From: the human T2T-CHM13v2.0 reference genome, Homo sapiens
Direction: 5' to 3' (one strand)
Assembly: GCF_009914755.1 (NCBI RefSeq)
Contig: NC_060941.1
Length of the DNA: 64,000 nucleotides
Under the pieces are notes generated by a model. It did not search any database. It was not told the origin of the DNA and saw nothing but the letters and a program-made list of their open reading frames with translations. The stretch's first letter is position 1, and every line of letters starts with the position of its first letter. Shown piece by piece: positions 45,533 through 57,795 of the stretch. A program made the position numbers and the translations under genes.

Positions 45533-46171
45533 TTTAGAAAGATGTTAATGTGCATAAATAGAGTGTAAATAAAATAGTGTTGATGTACTGAAATATGAAC
45601 TGTATAAAAAGTATTGGTAATTGTATATGGGGTGTACCTATTTATCTGTAACTGTTATCCAAACAAATTAAATACTGTGGATGCCTCTATGTGCTGTTTT
45701 TCCTCATACAAGTAAACACAGAATGTCAAATCCTTCAGCCTCCCTCTCTGTGATCCTGTTTTAATTCTCCTACTTGAATAATTTCTTTCTGACTTACAGA
45801 GGGGATGCTTCATCTCTGAGGTTGGAAACTCTGTAGAGCAGGATTCCCCAACTCCTGGGCTACAGACCAGCACCGTCCATGGCCTGTTAGGAACCGGGCT
45901 GCACAGCAGCAGGTGAGTGGTGAGCTGTATTTATAGCCGCTCCCCCTTGCTCCCATTACCGCCTGAGCTCTGCCTCCTGTTAGATCAGCAGCGGCATGCC
46001 ATTCTCGCAGGAGAACGAACCCTATTGTGAACTGCGCATGCTAGCAATCTAGGTTGTGCCCTCCTTATGAGAATCTAATGCCTGATGATTTGAGGTGGAA
46101 CAGTTTTATCCTGAAACCATTCCCCCCAGCCCCCCAGTCCGTGGAAAATTGTCTTCCACAGCACCAGTCCC
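45533..46171 (+). repeat. Right arm of the 639-bp inverted repeat; contains AATAAA (45568-45573) and a truncated MER1B (45839-46171)
   Basis: Reverse complement of 33470-34108; MER1B cut at ...caccagtccc|gggggatgg. Confidence 0.98.
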
Positions 46172-46231
46172 GGGGGATGGTGAGCAGAGCGGTGCAATGG
46201 CCTGACCTACCAGGTAAAGGCTCCCTCTTGA

Positions 46232-46449
46232 TCAGGATTTCTCAACCCGGCACTAGTGACACTTGGGGCAGGATCATTCCTTGTTACGGAGACTGTCCTA
46301 TGCAGTGTGGGATGTTCAGCAGCACCCCCGACCTCTGCCTACAAGACGCCAGGAAGGACCCTCTGTCCAAGTCGTGACAAAGAAAAACATCCCCAGACCC
46401 TGCCAAATGTAACCTGGGGGGCAAAAACACCCACATTTGAGAACCATGG
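46232..46449 (+). mobile_element. MER20 (hAT)
   Basis: tttctcaacccggcactagtgaca...ttgagaaccatg, MER20-like length and motifs. Confidence 0.75.
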
Positions 46450-47879
46450 TTCTAGGATATAGGAGTGTGGACACAGGCAGCTCAGGTTTACACAGGCTGG
46501 ATTTGAGGTGCCTGGGAGACCTGCTTGCTGAGATTCTTTTGAGCAGTCAGACAGGAGGGGCTGGAGCCCAGGAGAAAAGTCTGGGCAGCTTTGCTGTCTT
46601 CAGGCTCGGTGGCTGTTAGAAGGAATGTGGCAGAAAAAAAGAAAGCGATACCCAAAGAGTCTATTTCATTTAATTTAATTTTTTGAGCAAGGATTATGCT
46701 AAAGTCACCAGGCAAGAGACCAAGATGAGCCCACCTCACAAACCCAGAAACCTCAGATCCAAGGCAGCTGTATAAGGTACAGATCGTTCCGGACTGTAGA
46801 AGAGAGGGTTAATCCAACTTCATCAGGAGAGAAATGCCATTATCCACTGAACTATTTCCTGACTATCTCCTGTATGCTGGTCAGTTTCACTCACATTGTC
46901 TCATTTAATCTTTGACAAACTAAATAAAAGTGTGAAGTAAATATTTTCCCCTCCCTTTTTTTTTAAGATTAGAAAACAGAGGCTCAAAAGGACCCACGTA
47001 CTCAGAGTCACCCTGTCAATGACAGAGGTGGAGTTTGAACACAGGCTGTTTAATGCCAAAGCCCAATACTGGCTTCTGGAAGCTTCTAGAAGGAGGGGCT
47101 GGAACCTCGCATTGAAGACGTTGAGGGGCAGTGTTGCAGGAAAATGGGAGAGGGAAACATACCAGGCAAAGGGAACTGCTTGGGCATGGCTTCGGCAGAG
47201 AACGAGGTACAGAGATTTGAGGACAGGATGATTTCTTGGAACACAGAGCTTGGTTCAGTAGAAAGAGCCCAGGAAAGCCAGGATGTGGCCAGTTGAAAGG
47301 GAGGGGCTTTGAGCCATTTTGCATTTGTGGTGAGCCATTTTGCATTTTACTCTATTGGCATCAAGGAGACAAGTAATGAGAACTCTGACTTGGGAAAAAT
47401 GTTAAGGATCAATTTATCTCAAATATCACATGTAGCTCTTAAGTCTGAGGGCCCTCTATTCCTCATCTTACCTAAAAGGCACAAACACACCTCTCCAAGT
47501 CAGGTATAGGGCCCCCAACAATAGTTGCCTGGTCAAAAAATGTATCCTCAGAGTTGACTACTACTACAGTAAATCTGGACACAGTTTCTGAAAATTTTTG
47601 TTTCCCTAAAAGTTTCCATCAAACTATATTCACTGACATGTAATGATAATCATCAAGACTAAATCACATCCCAGGAGGTATCTGAATGCAACCGTGAGGT
47701 GCTCCTTCATGTCCGAAGATGCATTTATAACAATCTGGAAAACAGTCTAGATCTTCTTGGAAGTTAGACCTTCAACTTTATCTGAATTTTGATGATAAAT
47801 GAAGAGCTCTTCTTGTGCAGTTTCTGAGGTTCTTCAAAAGAGTGACTGTTTCTCTGTTTCCCCAGAAAAATACTACAAT

Positions 47880-48235
47880 ATGTGGTGTGTGTGTGTGTAG
47901 GTGCCTGTGCACATGTGTGGGTGTGTGTGAATTTGCCTATATGTGTGTGTGGATGGAGTAGGTATACATGCTGTGTGTGTGTGGATGTGCATTGTGAGTG
48001 TGGGTGGGAGATCGTGAGTGCATGTGAGTGTGTGTGTGGATGGAGTAGGTATACATGCCTGTGAATGTGTGTGTGGATGCGGATGTGTGAGTGTGGGTGG
48101 GAGATCGTGAGTGCATGTGAGTGTGTGGATGGAATAGGTATACATGCTGTGAGTGTGTGTGTGGATGCGGATGTGTGAGTGTGGGTGGGAGTTTGTGAGT
48201 GCATCTGAGTGAGTGTGTGTGGCGAGTGTATGGAA
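47880..48235. repeat. GT-rich compound minisatellite, ~88-bp unit x3
   Basis: ggatgga(g/a)taggtatacatgc at 47951, 48038 and 48127 amid (GT)n. Confidence 0.9.
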
Positions 48236-48897
48236 GTGGGTAGCCCATGCATAGAGCATTTCTTAGCCTACTTGACAGCTTAGGAGCCACCTCCTCCAGG
48301 AAGCCTTCCTTAATCTGTCCTTCGTCCTGCCCCTCGGGACCCAGGTGACACCGAGTATGCAATTGCTCTATCCCTGCAGGCCTGCCCCTCACTCATCTCA
48401 TCCCCAAACACAGACACATGCAAGAATGTGACACTCCCTTCCCAATACAACACTAGGACATTTGATTCCCTTTGTATTCCCAGTACCTAGTGCAATGTCT
48501 GGTACACGGTAGGTCATCAGTAAATAATAAATTGAATTAAACCTTGCAAAGGCCTCCAAATATCAGAATTAGTAAGCTCTAAAGGCTTTGTTTATTCCTG
48601 CAGATTCCTTCTCAGGTTTCAGCAGGTCATAGAGAACATCTCTTCCACCAGTCCTAGTCTCAATGGGACAGTAAATGAAACAGAAACACCACCATCCCAT
48701 ACCCTCCCCTTCAGTCCCTCTAAAATGAGCTGCCGCTGCTGGGAGAACCAGAGCTAAGCTTCTGCAGAGGCCTCTGCCCATGTCACCCCAGCTCCGCAGT
48801 CCTACCTGGCATGAGTCTTCCTATAACTATACCTAGGCTTCCTGACTGCTCTGTGGGGACACCCAGCCTCATTGCACCACAGGATGGGGCAGTCAGA

Positions 48898-49045
48898 GCA
48901 GGGCTTCTTACACTTTAACATGCATACGATCACCTGGTTAGCATGTGGATTCTGATCCAGTAGGTCTGGGATGAGGCCTGAGATTCTGCACATCTAACAC
49001 GCTCCCAGGTCCTGCCCATGTTGCTGGCCTGTGGCCCATCCTTCC
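48898..49045. mobile_element. MER5A
   Basis: atgtggattctgatccagtaggtctgggatgaggcctgagattctgca...tctaaca core. Confidence 0.7.
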
Positions 49046-49195
49046 ACCAGAAGCGTTTAGAAGGCTTTAGTCTCCTCGCAGCTGTTCAAGAGACCGGTGC
49101 GGTGCAATCGGGTGCTGAGTCATTTGGTCACTGCCGCTTCTTGTTAAGTCAACTTCTATCATTTCACATGCATAGAAGTTTTGACAAGCCCTTCA

Positions 49196-49565
<370 letters not shown>

Positions 49566-51427
49566 AATCCTATACTCATTGCTCCCAGTCTACTAAAGCA
49601 GAAAGAAAACTGGACTGGGCGTTAGGTGACATGAACCCCAGTCCCAGCTCTGCAGGCCTCCAAGGTTCTCTGGCCTCTGTTTCCTTTCCTATAAAGTGGA
49701 GTAACATAGTGGCTGGCCTGGTTATTTCAAGAAGAGAGTGTGAGATTGCAGAGAGAGCATGGGCTTTCTGGTGTCAGAACAAGTTTCTAATGAGGAAAAA
49801 TTACTTGCCTTCTTGGAGCCTCACTGTCTTCATCTGTTAAGTTACAGAGGAAAAGAAAATATGGGATATGTAAGTGTGCAATGCCTGTCAGCTGCCAGAA
49901 GTGCAGCAAATGTTAAATCCCTTCTCTGCTCAAAAGGCTGTGATGGAAATTCAAAAGCCCCTTCTCAGTAAGGCCCTCTGGACACCCAATCTGAAATGTC
50001 AGGCCCCTCCCCCTTTTCTCTTTATTGCGGATCACTGTTTAACATTTGACTTCTTTATCTGGCTTATCGTCTCTCCCTCAGCGAAGGGCTATGCCATGAG
50101 GCCGGGAATTTGTGTCCGGATGGCTCACTAATGTATCTGTGGTGCCTAGACCAGCAACTGGGACATGAATCTTTGTCGAGTGCATGGACCAGCAGTGCTT
50201 TAGATATTATGCTATTGCGTTATCAGAATCCATTTCTTCCACACCTCTGAAGCCAGAATAATGCACGTGGAGAGGTTTTAAAGGTGTGGAAAAGCAGAGC
50301 CCTAGAAGAAAACAGCCCAGGCTGAGACTTTGGGGACAACAGAAGACAGAAGAATACTTGATGATTTCATAGTGGGAGGCATGGAGAATTAACGTAGTCA
50401 AGAGCTGCGAGGCAATAAGAGGAGACTCTTGGGCAGCCCTCAAATAGAATATTATTCCTCCTCCTCTCTCCACCTTACCCCAGGTACAAGAGATGAATCC
50501 TGTTCCCCCATAAGCCAGCTGATTCCATGACACAGCAGTCCATGCAGTCCCCAAAATTTATCCCAACTGCCTTCCTCATGCTCAGCTTCCAGGCTGCTCA
50601 TTTCCTTGGCTTATTCACCCTGCATCAGTTTCTAGTGTGGCCCAGTCTCCAGGATCAACACAGTCAGTTTGGGATTCTCTATTCAAGCTCTGATATTGAT
50701 TTCATATTCGCCCTCTGGCTTCAGGCACTCACTTGGGTCAGGGGCACCCTACAGTCTGAGCCCCTTTCGGGGAGAGAGTGGAACAGAACATGGGTTTGAG
50801 GTCAGGTGGCTCTGGGTTCTGACCCTGAGTCCTTGAATCACTAGGTTTTGCTATCTTGGTCAATTTACCTGACCTCAGCTTTCCTATTTGTGAGATACAA
50901 AGAGAAATATTATATTGTAAGCTTGTTGTCAGCAGTGATTCTCAAAGTTTTGTCTTTGGGACATCAATCCTATGAGATGGAAAAGGTTTTTATTATCAAG
51001 TGAGTTTGGCAAATGCTCAATATCATATCCTCATCTTGGGAATTCTCAAATAACAAAAGAATGGGTTCCACTTTCATTAACTCAGTTTTTCTAAACAACA
51101 AAATTCCTTTTTGCAAGGAATACCTGTTAGCATCCTGCAGAACCAATGTTTTGTGTAATCCGTGGTGGGGAAAGCTGCTTGGGAAGATTAGAAATGCTCA
51201 ACACCAGGCCCTCTGCTCGGCTCCTGGCACATGCATCGTGGACACCAGGAAGCATGAGTGCCTGTTGCATTTCTTCCTAATGTCAGGTATGTTTGGTCAA
51301 ACCTTTCCTGCTTCTGCTACAAAAAAAGCATTTTAGGCTGTTGAGACAAGTAGTTTTCCCAAATATTTTTGTTGAGCCCTTCTCGTGAAAGGGAAATAAC
51401 ACAAACTGAAGTTAATGACATCTGTAT

Positions 51428-51710
51428 TTTGGAGCCTCGCTCTGTCGCCCAGGCTGGAGTGCAGTGGCACGATCTCGGCTCACTGAAAGCACTGCCTCCC
51501 GGGTTCAAGAGATTCTCCTGATTCAGCCTCCCAAGTAGCTGAGACTGCAGGCACGCATCACCATGCCCAGTTAACTTTTATGTTTTCTTAGTAGAGATGG
51601 GTTTTTATCATGTTGGCCAGGCTGGTCTTGAACACCTTACCTGAAGTGATCCACCCACCTCGGCCTCCCAAAGTGCGGGGATTTCAGTCATGAGCCACCA
51701 TGCCCAGCCC
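51428..51710 (-). mobile_element. AluS
   Basis: Antisense dimer; acatctgta flanks both sides. Confidence 0.9.
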
Positions 51711-52082
51711 ACATCTGTACTTTTAAAGCTAAAATATGAGCACTCATTAGCCTAGCTGTGAAGAACTGTCACTCTTGGATTTCTGGGAAGTGACTACTCA
51801 GACCTGCACCAACAGGAGTTGGTGAAGTTGGGTAACTTGCCCAATGTAGCAGAGTCTGAGCTCTTTCTAGTGACAACACCACCCCACACACAAATTAGGG
51901 TATGTCCCATCATGTAGGTCCAGGGGATCTGAATACCTTCATGTTTCATCCTTCTAAAAAAAGTCCAGCAATACGTATCCTAAAAGCCTTACAAAATCTT
52001 CCCATTTGGGAATGCCACTTCTGAAATTACTATAAGGAAACCATCTAAAATAAAGACAAAGAGCTGTGCATAAAAATATTCA

Positions 52083-52255
52083 GGCCAGGTGCCGTGGCTC
52101 ACACTTGTAATTCCAGTGCTTTGGGAGGATGAGGGAAGAAGATTGCTTGAGCCCAGGAATTTGAGGCTACAGTGAGCTATGATCACATGATTGCATTCCA
52201 GCCCGGGCAACAGAGTAAGACTTGTCTATTAAACAAACAAACAAACAAACAAAAA
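52083..52255 (+). mobile_element. Alu monomer (FRAM-like)
   Basis: Single arm with (AAAC)n tail. Confidence 0.8.
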
Positions 52256-52772
52256 TATATTCATCACAACATGATAATAGACAGAACCAGAAACAACCCA
52301 ACATTTGGAGAATAGTTAAATGTCCAACAGCTAGGGAATGATTAAATCCATTATGAGGCTTCTCTACATTAAATATCTTACAGCCATTTATAACCATGTT
52401 TATAAAGAATTTTGAATGATATGGAACATGCTTATACTATGAGGTTAAGGAAATAAAACAGGCTACAAAAATAAAATATATGTACTATAATAACAGCTAT
52501 GTTGGTGCACAGAGAGAAAAACATTTACCAATATACTAGGAGTGGTTATTTCTGAGTGGCGAGATGATGAGTGATTTTTCATTCTATTCTATATATTTTT
52601 CTATATTTTCTTTTATTCTACATGTTTTTCTGTATTTCCAAGTTTTACACAATAGTGATCAAGAAAAGGTAATTATTTATTTAAAAAGAAAAAAAAAGAC
52701 CCATGAGTTATCAGAACCCAGTAGATCTAAATGGCACTACAAACACTATTGTGTTCAGAGGTGTCTCCCCTA

Positions 52773-52930
52773 TCTAAGCAGTGCCAGGTTAGGGAACGCC
52801 GCCCATCAACGCTCTAAGCAGTGCCAGGTTAGGGAACGCCACCCATCAACGTTCTAAGCAGTGCCAGGTTAGGGAATGCCGCCCATCAACGTTCTAAGCA
52901 GTGTCAGGTTAGGGAACGCCGCCCATCAAC
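52773..52930. repeat. 40-bp VNTR, ~4 copies
   Basis: tctaagcagtgccaggttagggaacgccgcccatcaacg at 52773, 52813, 52853 and 52893. Confidence 0.97.
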
Positions 52931-53677
52931 ATTTCCCAAATTCCAGGAACCATCTGTTCCATAGTGTCATATTTGTGTAGAACCTACACCATTACTTAAT
53001 ATTTTCATAGAAATCAACTCAGTTTTTAAAATTTGATTACCTGTGTTTTAAGAAAAATTTTAAATCACTCTAAATGGAAAAATAATGTCACTTGCCATTA
53101 ATGGAAAGTAATCACAAAAATAAATGCAATAAAACAAAACAATATCATTAAATTCTACAGTGGTAAACCTTCTGAGCTTGAGAGCTGCTTTTGCTCTGTT
53201 TGATAAAAGCAGGGGCTGAGGGAGAGTGTTTTCAGGCAGGAGGGACGGATTTACAAGGGTTTGAGAGTAAGCCTAGCCTAGCAACAGACCCCTCAAAGGA
53301 TTCGGGAAGATTGAAAGACAATGAAAAAGATTTTCTCACTAGAGATTTTGATTTGTTTTTAATGATTTGCCCACCTACCACCCAAACTGCCTAGGACACG
53401 ACAGCTGGGGAAAGTGCCATTCAACAAAGATTTGACCCCAGCCCATGAGTTGCTGACAGTGGAAGTCACATAAGTTAGATAAGTGTACCGGACTGAGTTC
53501 CTCCAGGACAGGAACTATTTCTTCTTAAGCTTGGTAGTCTCAGCACCCCGGACAGTGCCTGGCACATGGACTTGTTTGTTGAGTGAGTGAAGAAATGAAT
53601 GAATACTGGGTTGTGACAGCCTTTTCCCCAAAGCAGGGCAGGCGCCCTGAGTCGCTCACATCACCCTTGGCTTTCAG

Positions 53678-53885
53678 TCCTCAGAGTACAGCAAGTGGAA
53701 GTTCACCAACAGCCCCACGTTCCTGGAGTTGCTGGAGGAGTTCCCATCCCTGCAGGTGTCTGCTGGCTTCCTGCTCTCCCTGCTCCCCATTCTGAAGCCC
53801 AGGTTTTACTCCATCAGCTCCTCCCAGGATCACACGCCCACAGCGATCCACCTGACTGTGGCCGTGCTCATGTACCACACTCGAG
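53678..53885 (+). pseudogene. NOS2P3: NOS2P exon SSEYSKWKF...VLMYHTR
   Basis: ttcag/gtgag boundaries; FAD-binding RFYSISSS. Confidence 0.93.
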
Positions 53886-55438
53886 GTGAGCCTGGGGCAG
53901 AGGCTGTGGAGCAGTCACGCTCTGCCCCTTCAGTTCCCTCATCAGTTCAAGGAGGGAGGGAACACCTACAGCCCAGAGTTGCTAATGGTAATAGGAGGCA
54001 TGTGGGAGAGAGCTCTATGAACCAGGCAGTAAACCAAGCCTTCTGTATGTATATGATCAGTTACCATGTAGGGTAGGTACTGTGTGCATTTTACAGGTGG
54101 TACAGAAAGTCACACTGTGAGTAAGTGGAGAGCTGAGATTTGGACCTGGGTGGTCTAACTGCTGAGTCCAAGTCTTCCACCACTCCACTGTCCCACTACT
54201 CTTGAGACAATTTAATGAGATCAGACTTGGAGAGCACCCAACCCTTGGTGAGAGCCCAGTGGTCCTTAGTCTTCCTGATTGTGCAGCCTGAACGCAGGGG
54301 AGATTCTGCATTGGCTGTTCACTCACTCACTGAGCTCATTCAGTGACGGTTTATTTCACATCTCTCCGTGCTCAGCACTGGGGCAGGTGTGGAAATACAA
54401 CAGACATCAGCCCTGCCCTCAGGGAGCATCTAGAGGCAGCAGTGGAGAGATGAGTGTAGAAATAATTAGATGATTCTCATTGTCCAGAAGCCAAGAAGGA
54501 AAGGTCAGCATCACTGAGGACAGTGAAGAGGGGGTGACGCTGCCATAGAGTGGTAGGCCAACATCTCTTTCAGGTGGTCTTGGCTCCACCACTGGCCTCT
54601 GCCCCCCGCCCTGCCCTCTGTAACTGAGTGTTGCTTGGTTTGGCAAAGCTGGGAGCTGCCTATACTTCTGAGCCCTCTGTCTAGGAAACAAAAACACAGT
54701 TTCTAAAAACTGGCCAGAGACTCTGTTTGTCCTGCTAGAGAACACCCACCCAGACCAGGAGAGGAGAGGCAGACACGTCCTGTGAGAGCAAAATTTAATC
54801 CCGAGGAAAACCAGGGGGACCTCTGCAGTTTGGTTGGAGGCCTCCTGCAAGTGCTGGGCCATTGTAAAAGAAATGCAACCCAGAGAAACCTCCTGGGTTT
54901 CTACCAGCCCAGGAGGGGCAACTGAGGAGGAAAGCGAGGTGTCAGAGCAGGCTGAAACGCGCGGAGCTCATCCGCCACCCAGGGTTGCAACCAGCAAGGG
55001 CCACGCTCATGAGCACGCACAGCAGTAGCCACCCCGAGGGGCCACTTCCTGCTGCTGTCAGTGGAGCTCAGTGGTGAGCTGGGAGTGTTCCTGGAGAAAC
55101 TCTTTGGAAGGAGCACTGGAGTAGGAGTCAGGGAAGCTGAGCTGTCCTGATTTCACCATGACCTGAGTGACCTTGTCCAAGTCACTCTTCCTCTCCGGGA
55201 CTCACTTTCTGCGTTGAAGATGGAGCAACTCGCAACCTCTCTAAGTCCCTTTCAACCTTCCTCAGCTCTGGGCTCACAGCGGGTGGATCTCAGAACCAGG
55301 AGGACAAAGAGCTGCTCATTGAGTCCTGAGAGTGCCTGAGTGGGGGCGTCCAAGGAGGCCGTGGTGTGGGCGGAGCAGCTGGTACAGTTTGCGCATGGGC
55401 AGTGGGGGGACGTTGGTCACTTTGTGGTATCGTTGCAG

Positions 55439-55525
55439 ATGGCCAGGGTCCCCTGCACCACGGCGTCTGCGGCACATGGCTCAACAACTGAAGCCCCAAG
55501 ACCAAGTGTCCTGCTTTGTGCGGAA
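55439..55525 (+). pseudogene. NOS2P3: NOS2P exon DGQGPLHHGVC... (frameshifted)
   Basis: gcag/gtaag; aacaactgaag lacks one base relative to recalled NOS2. Confidence 0.9.
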
Positions 55526-55924
55526 GTAAGCACCCCTTCCACTCTGTCCCCTGTGGGACCGCCGACCCCTGGAGGTTCGGGGAGGAAAGGGAGGGATCTG
55601 GGGTTTAGGTGCCGCTCGGGGCTCCTTGGCCCACAAAGAAGACACTGGGGTCACACTGGTGTGGCTGTCTCTAGCAGAGACAGCGATGACAGCAGAGCTG
55701 GAAGGGCCCAGAGTCCAGTGAGCTTGGCCCTTTTTCAGAAGGACCTGGGGGAGGTGCTGGTGGCTGGACAGAAGTGAAGCCGCCTGCAGGGCGTGGGAAA
55801 TCAAATAGGAGCTGCTCTCCACCCGCTACGACCGCTCCCCACAGGCCCAGCTCCCCAGCCGTCCTGTGTGTGCGTGGGCCCGGGGTGTCTGAGGACTGGC
55901 CCCCTCTTCTCCTGTCCTCTTCAG

Positions 55925-56046
55925 TGCCAGCGGCTTCCGGCTCCCCGAGGACCCCTCCCATCCTTGTGTCCTCATCGGGCCTGGCACAGGCATCGCTCCC
56001 TTCCTCAGTTTCTGGCAGCAGCGGCTCCATGACTCCCAGCAAAAGG
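55925..56046 (+). pseudogene. NOS2P3: NOS2P exon with NADPH motif GPGTGIAPF
   Basis: ttcag/gtgtgg boundaries, 122 nt. Confidence 0.93.
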
Positions 56047-56256
56047 GTGTGGCTGGAGGCTTCCCCGGTGGGAGGGTACCAGAGGCCAGCGCCTGCCTAG
56101 GAGCAGAACCGTAGCCCCACAAACGGTTCCTGGACCTCTCTGGAGGGAAGGCCTCCCAAGTTTGTCTCCCTGTGTGGGGCCTATGTGGGTGAGAACGGCC
56201 GCCTTCCTGTCTCCGGCATTGGAACCGGGGCTCCCTCTCTCGGGAGTGGAGGTAAC

Positions 56257-56267
56257 GGGAAAGTCCC
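56257..56267 (-). promoter_or_regulatory. Consensus NF-kB site GGGACTTTCCC
   Basis: gggaaagtccc on the + strand; motif match only. Confidence 0.35.
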
Positions 56268-56496
56268 TGCTTTTGACCTCCGATGGGCTGAGGGAATCCT
56301 GCATCTGCACTTTCAGTTGTGTGACTATGTATGAGTGATTGGAATGCCCTGGGCCTCAGTTTCTTCATCTGTAAAGTGGGGATAATGCTGTTAACTAGCT
56401 AGGATACTTGTGGGAGTGAAGTGAGAATTCCAGTTCGGCTTTGAGCCATAGCGCCCTGCTGGCCAACATGGTAACAACAGCCCGGGACTCCTGCAG

Positions 56497-56646
56497 GAGT
56501 GCAGGGAGGCCGCATGACCCCGGTGTTCGAGTGCCGCAGCCCAAATGAGGACCACATCTACCAGGAGGAGATGCTGGAGATGGCTCGGAAGGGGGTTGCT
56601 GCCTGCGGTGCCCACAGCCTATTCCTGCCTGCCTGGCAAGCCCAAG
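56497..56646 (+). pseudogene. NOS2P3: NOS2P exon GGRMT...DHIYQEEM (frameshifted)
   Basis: gcag/gtaaat; +1 nt near 56597. Confidence 0.9.
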
Positions 56647-57602
56647 GTAAATGCAGCCTCAAAGCAGGTGAAGCAGTACACAACGCAGGCTCCAGTGTGA
56701 GCCCGGGGTCCCCACAGGCCCCTCGCCTCCCTGAGCCTGCAGCTCCTGAGCTCTAAAATGCAGGTAATTCACAACCATCAGAGTGGGGCTGTGAAGACTG
56801 TTACGCCCTCTCTTCCAAGAGAAGTGACAGGACCGGAGAGGTTCAGGACTAACCTAGGTCACAGGCGGGTTGAGCCCAGAGCCCAGCCTGCTGAAGGTCA
56901 TCCGCAGGCCCCCGGGACAGGTGGCTCCCCTGGGAGAGGTGGTCCAGGCCGGCTACGTTCAAACCCAGCAAGGCTGGAGGGCGGCCGATGCTTCCACCAT
57001 GGCCCTCAGACGGGCTCACCTGCCCCCAGGGCCGCGTTGCCCTCTGAGCCTGAGGTGTCAGAATAGACTCTCGGCTCTCACACATTTGTTGCCATCAGGG
57101 CACCTCTCGGGCCCAGTGCTCTGTGCCCAGTGCTGGGGCCACTGGGCATGCTGTGTGGAGCAGGAGCAGAGAGTCCCCGACTGACTCCTGGACCTTCTAA
57201 CTGGGAAGCCCGGGATCCGTACCCTGCAGGGACCCGATGGACAGTCTGCATTGAGAGGATACTTTTCAGGGGTGTAGGCAGAGCCCTGGGCAGGGGGACT
57301 GCCTTCATTGATGCCTCTTTGAAGCATGGCAAATTCAGAGACAGTCTGGGAGCCCCACTGGACAGTCAGCCCCTTGAGGGCAGGCCTGTGTCCAGCATTT
57401 ATGTCTCTACTCCCAGCCCAGCCCCCAGAGCATCTGTGCTCCTCCTCTTCCTGAGCCTGGACCTGTGCAAGGTCCTGGCTGGGAGAGGACTCACTCCACA
57501 GCCCTTAGTGCCCTCTCCCCACCTCCCTGAGGCCAGCAGTCCTGCCTGCAATCCTTGTCTCCAGTGGCTGGGAACTGGACCCACCGTTTCCTCTGGTTTT
57601 AG

Positions 57603-57795
57603 GTCTGTGTTCAGGACATCCTGCAGCAGCAGCTGGCCAGCGAGGTGCTCCGTGTGCTCCACAAGGAGCCGGGCCACCTCTATGTTTGCAGGGCTGTGTG
57701 CATGGCCTGGGATGTGGCCCACACCCTAGCAGCTGGTGGCTGCCTAGCTGAACTTGAATGAGGAGCAGGTCGAGGACTATTTCTTTCAGCTCAAG
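57603..57795 (+). pseudogene. NOS2P3: NOS2P exon VQDIL...HLYVC...YFFQLK (disrupted)
   Basis: tttag/gtgta; 2-nt deletion and TAG. Confidence 0.9.

Noticed and set aside
47764-48392. His/Thr-rich ORFs of 128-162 aa
   Set aside because: Translations of the (GT)n/(CA)n minisatellite
52773-52930. Regularly spaced 40-bp repeats resembling a CRISPR array or interstitial telomere
   Set aside because: Units are contiguous with no unique spacers, no cas genes are present, and there is only one TTAGGG per unit; it is a VNTR
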